Program-made: the position numbers and the translations under genes | Source of the DNA: Eledone cirrhosa | Taxonomy: Eukaryota | Direction of reading: 5' to 3' | Length of the DNA stretch: 64,000 bases | NCBI GenBank assembly: GCA_964016885.1 | Contig: OZ024743.1 | Location: 374,108,001 to 374,172,000 of the forward strand | Notes under the pieces: generated by a model | What the model was told of the DNA's origin: nothing | Databases searched by the model: none | The model's input: the letters and a program-made list of their open reading frames with translations, nothing else | Shown here: piece by piece, positions 44,201 through 58,400 of the stretch | Position numbering within the stretch: position 1 is the stretch's first letter | Layout: every line of letters begins with the position of its first letter

Positions 44201-47200
44201 TGCAGAGAACACAGTACTACTGACTTACTCTACATGTTTATAGCCAACACTTGTTGCACTTTATGGTGCAGAGAACAAAGTACTACTGGCTTACTCTACA
44301 TGTTTATAGTCAACACTTGTTGCACTTTATGGTGCAGAGAACACGGTACTACTGACTTACTCTACATGTTTATAGCCAACACTTGTTGCACTTTATGGTG
44401 CAGAGAACACAGTATTATTGACTTACTGTATATGTTTATAGCCAACACTCGTTGCATTTTATGGTGCAGAGAACAAAGTACTACTGGCTTACTCTACATG
44501 TTTATAGCCAACACTTGTTGCACTTTATGGTGCAGAGAACAAAGTACTACTGGCTTACTCTACATGGTTATAGCCAACACTTGTTGCACTTTATGGTGCA
44601 GAGAACACAGTATTACTGACTTACTCTATATGTTAATAGCCAACACTTGTTGTACTTTATGGTGCAGAGAACACAGTATTATTGACTTACTCTACATGTT
44701 TATAGCCAACACTTGTTGCACCTATGTTGCACATAACACAGTACTACTGACTTACACTACATGTTTATAGCCAACACTTGTTGCACTTTATGATGCAGAG
44801 TACACAGTACTACTGACTTACACTACATGTTTATAGCCAACACTTGTTGCACTTTATGGTGCAGAGAACAAAGTACTACTGGCTTACTCTACATGTTTAT
44901 AGCCAACACTTGTTGCACTTTATGGTGCAGAGAACACGGTACTACTGACTTACTCTACATGTTTATATCCAACACTTGTTGCACTTTATGGTGCAGAGAA
45001 CACGGTACTACTGACTTACTCTACATGTTTATAGCCAACACTTGTTGCACTTTATGCTGCAGAGAACATAGTACTACTGACTTACTCTACATGTTTATAG
45101 CCAACACTTGTTGCACTTTATGGTGCAGAGAACACAGTACTACTGACTTTCTCTACATGTTTATAGCCAACACTTGTTGCACTTTATGGTGCAGAGAAGA
45201 CGGTACTACTGACTTACTCTACATGTTTATAGCCAACACTTATTGCACTTTATGGTGCAGTGAATACAGTACTACTGACTTACTCTACATGTTTATAGCC
45301 AACACTTGTTGCACTTTATGGTGCAGAGAACAAAGTACTACTGACTTACTCTACATGTTTATAGCCAACACTTGTTACACTTTATGGTGCAGAGAACAAA
45401 GTACTACTGACTTACCCTATATGTTTATAGCCAACACGTGTTGCACTTTATGGTGCAGAGAACAAAGTACCACTGACTTACTCTACATGTTTATAGCCAA
45501 CACTTGTTGCACTTTAGGATGCACAGAACAAAGTACTACTGAATTACTCTACATGTTTATAGCCAAAACTTGTTGCACTTTATGGTGCAGAGAACACAGT
45601 ACTACTGACTTACTCTACGTGTTTATAGCCAACACTTGTTGCACTTTAGGATGCAGAGAACACGGTACTACTGACTTACTCTACATGTTTAGAGCCAACA
45701 CTTGTTGCACTTTATGGTGCAGAGAACACTGTACTACTGACTTACTCTACATGTTTATAGCCAACACTTGTTGCACCTATGTTGCACATAACACAGTACT
45801 ACTGACTTACACTACATGTTTATAGCCAACACTTGTTGCACTTTATGGTGCAGAGAACACGGTACTACTGACTTACTCTACATGTTTATAGCCAACACTT
45901 GTTGCACTTTATGGTGCAGAGAAAACGGTACTGCTGACTTACTCTATATGTTTATAGCCAACACTTGTTGCACTTTAGGATGCAGAGAACACGGTACTGC
46001 TGACTTACTCTACATGTTTATAGCCAACACTTGTTGCACTTTAGGATGCAGAGAACACGGTACTACTGACTTACTCTACATGTTTATAGCCAACACTTGT
46101 TGCACTTTATGGTGCAGAGAATACGGTACTACTGACTTACTCTACATGTTTATAGCCAACACTTGTTGCACTTTATGGTGCAGAGAACACGGTACTGCTG
46201 ACTTACTCTACATGTTTATAGCCAACACTTGTTGCACTTTAGGATGCAGAGAACACGGTACTGCTGACTTACTCTACATGTTTATAGCCAACACTTGTTG
46301 CACTTTATGGTGCAGAGAACACGGTACTGCTGACTTACTCTACATGTTTATAGCCAACACTTGTTGCACTTTAGGATGCAGAGAACACAGTACTACTTAC
46401 TTACTCTACATGTTTATAGCCAACACTTGTTACACTTTATGGTGCAGAGAACAAAGTACTACTGACTTACCCTATATGTTTATAGCCAACACGTGTTGCA
46501 CTTTATGGTGCAGAGAACAAAGTACCACTGACTTACTCTACATGTTTATAGCCAACACTTGTTGCACTTTAGGATGCACAGAACAAAGTACTACTGACTT
46601 ACTCTACATGTTTATAGCCAAAACTTGTTGCACTTAATGGTGCAGAGAACACAGTACTACTGACTTACTCTACGTGTTTATAGCCAACACTTGTTGCACT
46701 TTAGGATGCAGAGAACACGGTACTACTGACTTACTCTACATGTTTATAGCCAACACTTGTTGCAGTTTATGGTGCAGAGAACAAAGTACTACTGACTTAC
46801 TCTACATGTTTATAGCCAACACTTATTGCACCTATGTTGCACATAACAGTACTACTGAATACACAACATTTTTATAGCCAACACTTGTTGCACTTTATGG
46901 TGCGGAGAACACGGTACTACTGACTTACTCTACATGTTTAGAGCCAACACTTGTTGCACTTTATGGTGCAGAGAACACTGTACTACTGACTTACTCTACA
47001 TGTTTATAGCCAACACTTGTTGCACCTATGTTGCACATAACACAGTACTACTGACTTACACTACATGTTTATAGCCAACACTTGTTGCACTTTATGGTGC
47101 AGAGAACACGGTACTACTGACTTACTCTACATGTTTATAGCCAACACTTGTTGCACTTTATGGTGCAGAGAAAACGGTACTGCTGACTTACTCTATATGT

Positions 47201-48054
47201 TTATAGCCAACACTTGTTGCACTTTAGGATGCAGAGAACACGGTACTGCTGACTTACTCTACATGTTTATAGCCAACACTTGTTGCACTTTAGGATGCAG
47301 AGAACACGGTACTACTGACTTACTCTACATGTTTATAGCCAACACTTGTTGCACTTTATGGTGAAGAGAATACGGTACTACTGACTTACTCTACATGTTT
47401 ATAGCCAACACTTGTTGCACTTTATGGTGCAGAGAACACGGTACTGTTGACTTACTCTACATGTTTATAGCCAACACTTGTTGCACTTTAGGATGCAGAG
47501 AACACGGTACTGCTGACTTACTCTACATGTTTATAGCCAACACTTGTTGCACTTTATGGTGCAGAGAACACGGTACTACTGACTTACTCTACATGTTTAT
47601 AGCCAACACTTGTTGCACTTTATGGTGCAGAAAAGACGGTACTACTGACTTACTCTACATGTTTATAGCCAACACTTGTTGCACTTTATGGTGCAGAGAA
47701 CAAAGTACTACTGACTTACTCTACATCTTCATAGCCAACACTTGTTGCACTTTATGGTGCAGAGAACACAGTACTACTGACTTAGTCTCCATGTTTATAG
47801 CCAACACTTGTTGCACTTTATGGTGCAGAGAACAAAGTACTACTGACTTACTCTACATGTTTATAGCCAACACTTGTTGCACTTTAGGATGCAGAGAACA
47901 CAGTACTACTGACTTACTCTACATGTTTATAGCCAACACTTGTTACACTTTATGGTGCAGAGAACAAAGTACTACTGACTTACCCTATATGTTTATAGCC
48001 AACACGTGTTGCACTTTATGGTGAAGAGAACAAAGTACTACTGACTTACTCTAC

Positions 48055-51000
48055 ATGTTTATAGCCAACACTTGTTGCACTTTAGGATGCACAGAACAAA
48101 GTACTACTGACTTACTCTACATGTTTATAGCCAACACTTGTTGCACTTTATGGTGCAGAGAACACAGTACTACTGACTTACTCTACGTGTTTATAGCCAA
48201 CACTTGTTGCACTTTAGGATGCAGAGAACACGGTACTACTGACTTACTCTACATGTTTATAGCCAACACTTGTTGCAGTTTATGGTGCAGAGAACAAAGT
48301 ACTACTGACTTACTCTACATGTTTATAGCCAACACTTATTGCACCTATGTTGCACATAACAGTACTACTGACTTACACAACATGTTTATAGCCAACACTT
48401 GTTGCACTTTATGGTGCGGAGAACACGGTACTACTGACTTACTCTACATGTTTAGAGCCAACACTTGTTGTACCTTATGGTGCAGAGAACACGGTACTAC
48501 TGACTTACTCTACATGTTTATAGCCAACACTTGTTGCACCTATGTTGCACATAACACAGTACTACTGACTTACACTACATGTTTAGAGCCAACACTTGTT
48601 GCACTTTATGGTGCGGAGAACACGGTACTACTGACTTACTCTACATGTTTATAGCCAACACTTGTTGCACCTATGTTGCACATAACACAGTACTACTGAC
48701 TTACTCTACATGTTTATAGCCAACACTTGTTGCACCTATGTTGCACATAACACAGTACTACTGACTTACTGTACATGTTTATAGCCAACACTTATTGCAC
48801 TTTATGGTGCAGTGAATACAGTACTACTGACTTACTCTACATGTTTATAGCCAACACTTGTTGCACTTTATGGTGCAGAGAACAAAGTACTACTGACTTA
48901 CTCTACATGTTTATAGCCAACACTTGTTACACTTTATGGTGCAGAGAACAAAGTACTACTGACTTACCCTATATGTTTATAGCCAACACGTGTTGCACTT
49001 TATGGTGCAGAGAACAAAGTACCACTGACTTACTCCACATGTTTATAGCCAACACTTGTTGCACTTTAGGATGCACAGAACAAAGTACTACTGAATTACT
49101 CTACATGTTTATAGCCAAAACTTGTTGCACTTTATGGTGCAGAGAACACAGTACTACTGACTTACTCTACGTGTTTATAGCCAACACTTGTTGCACTTTA
49201 GGATGCAGAGAACACGGTACTACTGACTTACTCTACATGTTTATAGCCAACACTTGTTGCAGTTTATGGTGCAGAGAACAAAGTACTACTGACTTACTCT
49301 ACATGTTTATAGCCAACACTTATTGCACCTATGTTGCACATAACAGTACTACTGAATACACAACATGTTTATAGCCAACACTTGTTGCACTTTATGGTGC
49401 GGAGAACACGGTACTACTGACTTACTCTACATGTTTAGAGCCAACACTTGTTGCACTTTATGGTGCAGAGAACACTGTACTACTGACTTACTCTACATGT
49501 TTATAGCCAACACTTGTTGCACCTATGTTGCACATAACACAGTACTACTGACTTACACTACATGTTTATAGCCAACACTTGTTGCACTTTATGGTGCAGA
49601 GAACACGGTACTACTGACTTACTCTACATGTTTATAGCCAACACTTGTTGCACTTTATGGTGCAGAGAAAACGGTACTGCTGACTTACTCTATATGTTTA
49701 TAGCCAACACTTGTTGCACTTTAGGATGCAGAGAACACGGTACTGCTGACTTACTCTACATGTTTATAGCCAACACTTGTTGCACTTTAGGATGCAGAGA
49801 ACACGGTACTACTGACTTACTCTACATGTTTATAGCCAACACATGTTGCACTTTATGGTGCAGAGAACACGGTACTGCTGACTTACTCTACATGTTTATA
49901 GCCAACACTTGTTGCACTTTAGGATGCAGAGAACACGGTACTGCTGACTTAATCTACATGTTTATAGCCAACACTTGTTGCACTTTATGGTGCAGAGAAC
50001 ACGGTACTGCTGACTTACTCTACATGTTTATAGCCAACACTTGTTGCACTTTAGGATGCAGAGAACACAGTACTACTGACTTACTCTACATGTTTATAGC
50101 CAACACTTGTTACACTTTATGGTGCAGAGAACAAAGTATTACTGACTTACCCTATATGTTTATAGCCAACACGTGTTGCACTTTATGGTGCAGAGAACAA
50201 AGTACCACTGACTTACTCTACATGTTTATAGCCAACACTTGTTGCACTTTAGGATGCACAGAACAAAGTACTACTGACTTACTCTACATGTTTATAGCCA
50301 AAACTTGTTGCACTTTATGGTGCAGAGAACACAGTACTACTGACTTACTCTACGTGTTTATAGCCAACACTTGTTGCACTTTAGGATGCAGAGAACACGG
50401 TACTACTGACTTACTCTACATGTTTATAGCCAACACTTGTTGCAGTTTATGGTGCAGAGAACAAAGTACTACTAACTTACTCTACATGTTTATAGCCAAC
50501 ACTTATTGCACCTATGTTGCACATAACAGTACTACTGAATACACAACATTTTTATAGCCAACACTTGTTGCACTTTATGGTGCGGAGAACACGGTACTAC
50601 TGACTTACTCTACATGTTTAGAGCCAATACTTGTTGCACTTTATGGTGCAGAGAACACTGTACTACTGACTTACTCTACATGTTTATAGCCAACACTTGT
50701 TGCACCTATGTTGCACATAACACAGTACTACTGACTTACACTACATGTTTATAGCCAACACTTGTTGCACTTTATGGTGCAGAGAACACGGTACTACTGA
50801 CTTACTCTACATGTTTATAGCCAACACTTGTTGCACTTTATGGTGCAGAGAAAACGGTACTGCTGACTTACTCTATATGTTTATAGCCAACACTTGTTGC
50901 ACTTTAGGATGCAGAGAACACGGTACTGGTGACTTACTCTACATGTTTATAGCCAACACTTGTTGCACTTTAGGATGCAGAGAACACGGTACTACTGACT

Positions 51001-54000
51001 TACTCTACATGTTTATAGCCAACACATGTTGCAATTTATGGTGCAGAGAATACGGTACTACTGACTTACTCTACATGTTTATAGCCAACACTTGTTGCAC
51101 TTTATGGTGCAGAGAACACGGTACTGTTGACTTACTCTACATGTTTATAGCCAACACTTGTTGCACTTTAGGATGCAGAGAACACGGTACTGCTGACTTA
51201 CTCTACATGTTTATAGCCAACACTTGTTGCACTTTATGGTGCAGAGAACACGGTACTACTGACTTACTCTACATGTTTATAGCCAACACTTGTTGCACTT
51301 TATGTTGCAGAGAACACGGTACTACTGACTTACTCTACATGTTTATAGCCAACACTTGTTGCACTTTATGGTGCAGTGAACACGGTACTACTGACTTACT
51401 CTACATGTTTATAGCCAACACTTGTTGCACTTTAGGATGCAGAGAACACGGTACTACTGACTTACTCTACATGTTTATAGCCAACACTTGTTGCACTTTA
51501 TGGTGCAGAGAACACAGTACTACTGACTTTCTCTACATGTTTATAGCCAACACTTGTTGCACTTTATGGTGCAGAGAAGACGGTACTACTGACTTACCCT
51601 ATATGTTTATAGCCAACACGTGTTGCACTTTATGGTGCAGTGAATACAGTACTACTGACTTACTCTACATGTTTATAGCCAACACTTGTTGCACTTTAGG
51701 ATGCACAGAACAAAGTACTACTGACTTACTCTACATGTTTATAGCCAACACTTGTTGCACTTTAGGATGCACAGAACAAAGTACTACTGACTTACTCTAC
51801 ATGTTTATAGCCAACACTTGTTGCACTTTATGGTGCAGAGAACACAGTACTACTGACTTACTCTACGTGTTTATAGCCAACACTTGTTGCACTTTAGGAT
51901 GCAGAGAACACGGTACTACTGACTTACTCTACATGTTTATAGCCAACACTTGTTGCAGTTTATGGTGCAGAGAACAAAGTACTACTGACTTACTCTACAT
52001 GTTTATAGCCAACACTTATTGCACCTATGTTGCACATAACAGTACTACTGACTTACACAACATGTTTATAGCCAACACTTGTTGCACTTTATGGTGCGGA
52101 GAACACGGTACTACTGACTTACTCTACATGTTTAGAGCCAACACTTGTTGTACTTTATGGTGCAGAGAACACGGTACTACTGACTTACTCTACATGTTTA
52201 TAGCCAACACTTGTTGCACCTATGTTGCACATAACACAGTACTACTGACTTACACTACATGTTCAGAGCCAACACTTGTTGCACTTTATGGTGCGGAGAA
52301 CACGGTACTACTGACTTACTCTACATGTTTATAGCCAACACTTGTTGCACCTATGTTGCACATAACACAGTACTACTGACTTACTCTACATGTTTATAGC
52401 CAACACTTGTTGCACCTATGTTGCACATAACACAGTACTACTGACTTACTGTACATGTTTATAGCCAACACTTATTGCACTTTATGGTGCAGTGAATACA
52501 GTACTACTGACTTACTCTACATGTTTATAGCCAACACTTGTTGCACTTTATGGTGCAGAGAACAAAGTACTACTGACTTACTCTACATGTTTATAGCCAA
52601 CACTTGTTACACTTTATGGTGCAGAGAACAAAGTACTACTGACTTACCCTATATGTTTATAGCCAACACGTGTTGCACTTTATGGTGCAGAGAACAAAGT
52701 ACCACTGACTTACTCCACATGTTTATAGCCAACACTTGTTGCACTTTAGGATGCACAGAACAAAGTACTACTGAATTACTCTACATGTTTATAGCCAAAA
52801 CTTGTTGCACTTTATGGTGCAGAGAACACAGTACTACTGACTTACTCTACGTGTTTATAGCCAACACTTGTTGCACTTTAGGATGCAGAGAACACGGTAC
52901 TACTGACTTACTCTACATGTTTATAGCCAACACTTGTTGCAGTTTATGGTGCAGAGAACAAAGTACTACTGACTTACTCTACATGTTTATAGCCAACACT
53001 TATTGCACCTATGTTGCACATAACAGTACTACTGAATACACAACATGTTTATAGCCAACACTTGTTGCACTTTATGGTGCGGAGAACACGGTACTACTGA
53101 CTTACTCTATATGTTTAGAGCCAACACTTGTTGCACTTTATGGTGCAGAGAACACTGTACTACTGACTTACTCTACATGTTTATAGCCAACACTTGTTGC
53201 ACCTATGTTGCACATAACACAGTACTACTGACTTACACTACATGTTTATAGCCAACACTTGTTGCACTTTATGGTGCAGAGAACACGGTACTACTGACTT
53301 ACTCTACATGTTTATAGCCAACACTTGTTGCACTTTATGGTGCAGAGAAAACGGTACTGCTGACTTACTCTATATGTTTATAGCCAACACTTGTTGCACT
53401 TTAGGATGCAGAGAACACGGTACTGCTGACTTACTCTACATGTTTATAGCCAACACTTGTTGCACTTTAGGATGCAGAGAACACGGTACTACTGACTTAC
53501 TCTACATGTTTATAGCCAACACATGTTGCACTTTATGGTGCAGAGAACACGGTACTGCTGACTTACTCTACATGTTTATAGCCAACACTTGTTGCACTTT
53601 AGGATGCAGAGAACACGGTACTGCTGACTTAATCTACATGTTTATAGCCAACACTTGTTGCACTTTATGGTGCAGAGAACACGGTACTGCTGACTTACTC
53701 TACATGTTTATAGCCAACACTTGTTGCACTTTAGGATGCAGAGAACACAGTACTACTGACTTACTCTACATGTTTATAGCCAACACTTGTTACACTTTAT
53801 GGTGCAGAGAACAAAGTACTACTGACTTACCCAATATGTTTATAGCCAACACGTGTTGCACTTTATGGTGCAGAGAACAAAGTACCACTGACTTACTCTA
53901 CATGTTTATAGCCAACACTTGTTGCACTTTAGGATGCACAGAACAAAGTACTACTGACTTACTCTACATGTTTATAGCCAAAACTTGTTGCACTTTATGG

Positions 54001-55277
54001 TGCAGAGAACACAGTACTACTGACTTACTCTACGTGTTTATAGCCAACACTTGTTGCACTTTAGGATGCAGAGAACACGGTACTACTGACTTACTCTACA
54101 TGTTTATAGCCAACACTTGTTGCAGTTTATGGTGCAGAGAACAAAGTACTACTAACTTACTCTACATGTTTATAGCCAACACTTATTGCACCTATGTTGC
54201 ACATAACAGTACTACTGAATACACAACATTTTTATAGCCAACACTTGTTGCACTTTATGGTGCGGAGAACACGGTACTACTGACTTACTCTACATGTTTA
54301 GAGCCAATACTTGTTGCACTTTATGGTGCAGAGAACACTGTACTACTGACTTACTCTACATGTTTATAGCCAACACTTGTTGCACCTATGTTGCACATAA
54401 CACAGTACTACTGACTTACACTACATGTTTATAGCCAACACTTGTTGCACTTTATGGTGCAGAGAACACGGTACTACTGACTTACTCTACATGTTTATAG
54501 CCAACACTTGTTGCACTTTATGGTGCAGAGAAAACGGTACTGCTGACTTACTCTATATGTTTATAGCCAACACTTGTTGCACTTTAGGATGCAGAGAACA
54601 CGGTACTGGTGACTTACTCTACATGTTTATAGCCAACACTTGTTGCACTTTAGGATGCAGAGAACACGGTACTACTGACTTACTCTACATGTTTATAGCC
54701 AACACATGTTGCAATTTATGGTGCAGAGAATACGGTACTACTGACTTACTCTACATGTTTATAGCCAACACTTGTTGCACTTTATGGTGCAGAGAACACG
54801 GTACTGTTGACTTACTCTACATGTTTATAGCCAACACTTGTTGCACTTTAGGATGCAGAGAACACGGTACTGCTGACTTACTCTACATGTTTATAGCCAA
54901 CACTTGTTGCACTTTATGGTGCAGAGAACACGGTACTACTGACTTACTCTACATGTTTATAGCCAACACTTGTTGCACTTTATGTTGCAGAGAACACGGT
55001 ACTACTGACTTACTCTACATGTTTATAGCCAACACTTGTTGCACTTTATGGTGCAGTGAACACGGTACTACTGACTTACTCTACATGTTTATAGCCAACA
55101 CTTGTTGCACTTTAGGATGCAGAGAACACGGTACTACTGACTTACTCTACATGTTTATAGCCAACACTTGTTGCACTTTATGGTGCAGAGAACACAGTAC
55201 TACTGACTTTCTCTACATGTTTATAGCCAACACTTGTTGCACTTTATGGTGCAGAGAAGACGGTACTACTGACTTAC
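48055..55277. repeat. Near-tandem duplication, period 3680 bp (56 monomers): ~48055-51597 and ~51735-55277
   Basis: ORF offsets 48775/52455, 49365/53045, 49562/53242 and 50745/54425 all equal 3680, with only isolated SNP differences. Confidence 0.92.
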
Positions 55278-55404
55278 TCTACATGTTTATAGCCAAAACT
55301 TATTGCACTTTATGGTGCAGTGAATACAGTACTACTGACTTACTCTACATGTTTATAGCCAACACTTGTTGCACTTTATGGTGCAGAGAACAAAGTACTA
55401 CTGA

Positions 55405-58400
55405 CTTACTCTACATCTTCATAGCCAACACTTGTTGCACTTTATGGTGCAGAGAACACAGTACTACTGACTTAGTCTCCATGTTTATAGCCAACACTTG
55501 TTGCACTTTATGGTGCAGAGAACAAAGTACTACTGACTTACTCTACATGTTTATAGCCAACACTTGTTGCACTTTAGGATGCAGAGAACACAGTACTACT
55601 GACTTACTCTACATGTTTATAGCCAACACTTGTTACACTTTATGGTGCAGAGAACAAAGTACTACTGACTTACCCTATATGTTTATAGCCAACACGTGTT
55701 GCACTTTATGGTGCAGAGAACAAAGTACTACTGACTTACTCTACATGTTTATAGCCAACACTTGTTGCACTTTTGGATGCACAGAACAATGTACTACTGA
55801 CTTACTCTACATGTTTATAGCCAACACTTGTTGCACTTTATGGTGCAGAGAACACAGTACTACTGACTTACTCTACGTGTTTATAGCCAACACTTGTTGC
55901 ACTTTAGGATGCAGAGAACACGGTACTACTGACTTACTCTACATGTTTATAGCCAACACTTGTTGCAGTTTATGGTGCAGAGAACAAAGTACTACTGACT
56001 TACTCTACATGTTTATAGCCAACACTTATTGCACCTATGTTGCACATAACAGTGCTACTGACTTACACAACATGTTTATAGCCAACACTTGTTGCACTTT
56101 ATGGTGCGGAGAACACGGTACTACTGACTTACTCTACATGTTTAGAGCCAACACTTGTTGCACTTTATGGTGCAGAGAACACGGTACTACTGACTTACTC
56201 TACATGTTTATAGCCAACACTTGTTGCACCTATGTTGCACATAACACAGTACTACTGACTTACACTACATGTTTAGAGCCAACACTTGTTGCACTTTATG
56301 GTGCGGAGAACACGGTACTACTGACTTACTCTACATGTTTATAGCCAACACTTGTTGCACCTATGTTGCACATAACACAGTACTACTGACTTACTCTACA
56401 TGTTTATAGCCAACACTTGTTGCACCTATGTTGCACATAACACAGTACTACTGACTTACTCTACATGTTTATAGCCAACACTTGTTGCACTTTATGGTGC
56501 AGAGAATACGGTACTACTGACTTACTCTACATGTTTATAGCCAACACTTGTTGCACTTTATGGTGCAGAGAACACGGTACTGCTGACTTACTCTACATGT
56601 TTATAGCCAACAGTTGTTGCACTTTAGGATGCAGAGAACACGGTACTGCTGACTTACTCTACATGTTTATAGCCAACACTTGTTGCACTTTATGGTGCAG
56701 AGAACACGGTACTGCTGACTTACTCTACATGTTTATAGCCAACACTTGTTGCACTTTAGGATGCAGAGAACACAGTACTACTGACTTACTCTACATGTTT
56801 ATAGCCAACACTTGTTACACTTTATGGTGCAGAGAACAAAGTACTACTGACTTACCCTATATGTTTATAGCCAACACGTGTTGCACTTTATGGTGCAGAG
56901 AACAAAGTACCACTGACTTACTCTACATGTTTATAGCCAACACTTGTTGCACTTTAGGATGCACAGAACAAAGTACTACTGACTTACTCTACATGTTTAT
57001 AGCCAAAACTTGTTGCACTTTATGGTGCAGAGAACACAGTACTACTGACTTACTCTACGTGTTTATAGCCAACACTTGTTGCACTTTAGGATGCAGAGAA
57101 CACGGTACTACTGACTTACTCTACATGTTTATAGCCAACACTTGTTGCAGTTTATGGTGCAGAGAACAAAGTACTACTGACTTACTCTACATGTTTATAG
57201 CCAACACTTATTGCACCTATGTTGCACATAACAGTACTACTGAATACACAACATTTTTATAGCCAACACTTGTTGCACTTTATGGTGCGGAGAACACGGT
57301 ACTACTGACTTACTCTACATGTTTATAGCCAACACTTGTTGCACTTTATGGTGCAGAGAACACGGTACTACTGACTTACTCTACATGTTTATAGCCAACA
57401 CTTGTTGCACTTTATGTTGCAGAGAACACGGTACTACTGACTTACTCTACATGTTTATAGCCAACACTTGTTGCACTTTATGGTGCAGAGAACACGGTAC
57501 TACTGACTTACTCTACATGTTTATAGCCAACACTTGTTGCACTTTAGGATGCAGAGAACACGGTACTACTGACTTTCTCTACATGTTTATAGCCAACACT
57601 TGTTGCACTTTATGGTGCAGAGAAGACGGTACTACTGACTTACTCTACATGTTTATAGCCAAAACTTATTGCACTTTATGGTGCAGAGAACACAGTACTA
57701 CTGACTTACTCTACATGTTTATAGCCAACACTTGTTGCACTTTATGGTGCAGAGAACAAAGTACTACTGACTTACTCTACATCTTCATAGCCAACACTTG
57801 TTGCACTTTATGGTGCAGAGAACACAGTACTACTGACTTAGTCTCCATGTTTATAGCCAACACTTGTTGCACTTTATGGTGCAGAGAACAAAGTACTACT
57901 GACTTACTCTACATGTTTATAGCCAACACTTGTTACACTTTATGGTGCAGAGAACAAAGTACTACTGACTTACCCTATATGTTTATAGCCAACACGTGTT
58001 GCACTTTATGGTGCAGAGAACAAAGTACTACTGACTTACTCTACATGTTTATAGCCAACACTTGTTGCACTTTTGGATGCACAGAACAATGTACTACTGA
58101 CTTACTCTACATGTTTATAGCCAACACTTGTTGCACTTTATGGTGCAGAGAACACAGTACTACTGACTTACTCTACGTGTTTACAGCCAACACTTGTTGC
58201 ACTTTAGGATGCAGAGAACACGGTACTACTGACTTACTCTACATGTTTATAGCCAACACTTGTTGCAGTTTATGGTGCAGAGAACAAAGTACTACTGACT
58301 TACTCTACATGTTTATAGCCAACACTTATTGCACCTATGTTGCACATAACAGTACTACTGACTTACACAACATGTTTATAGCCAACACTTGTTGCACTTT

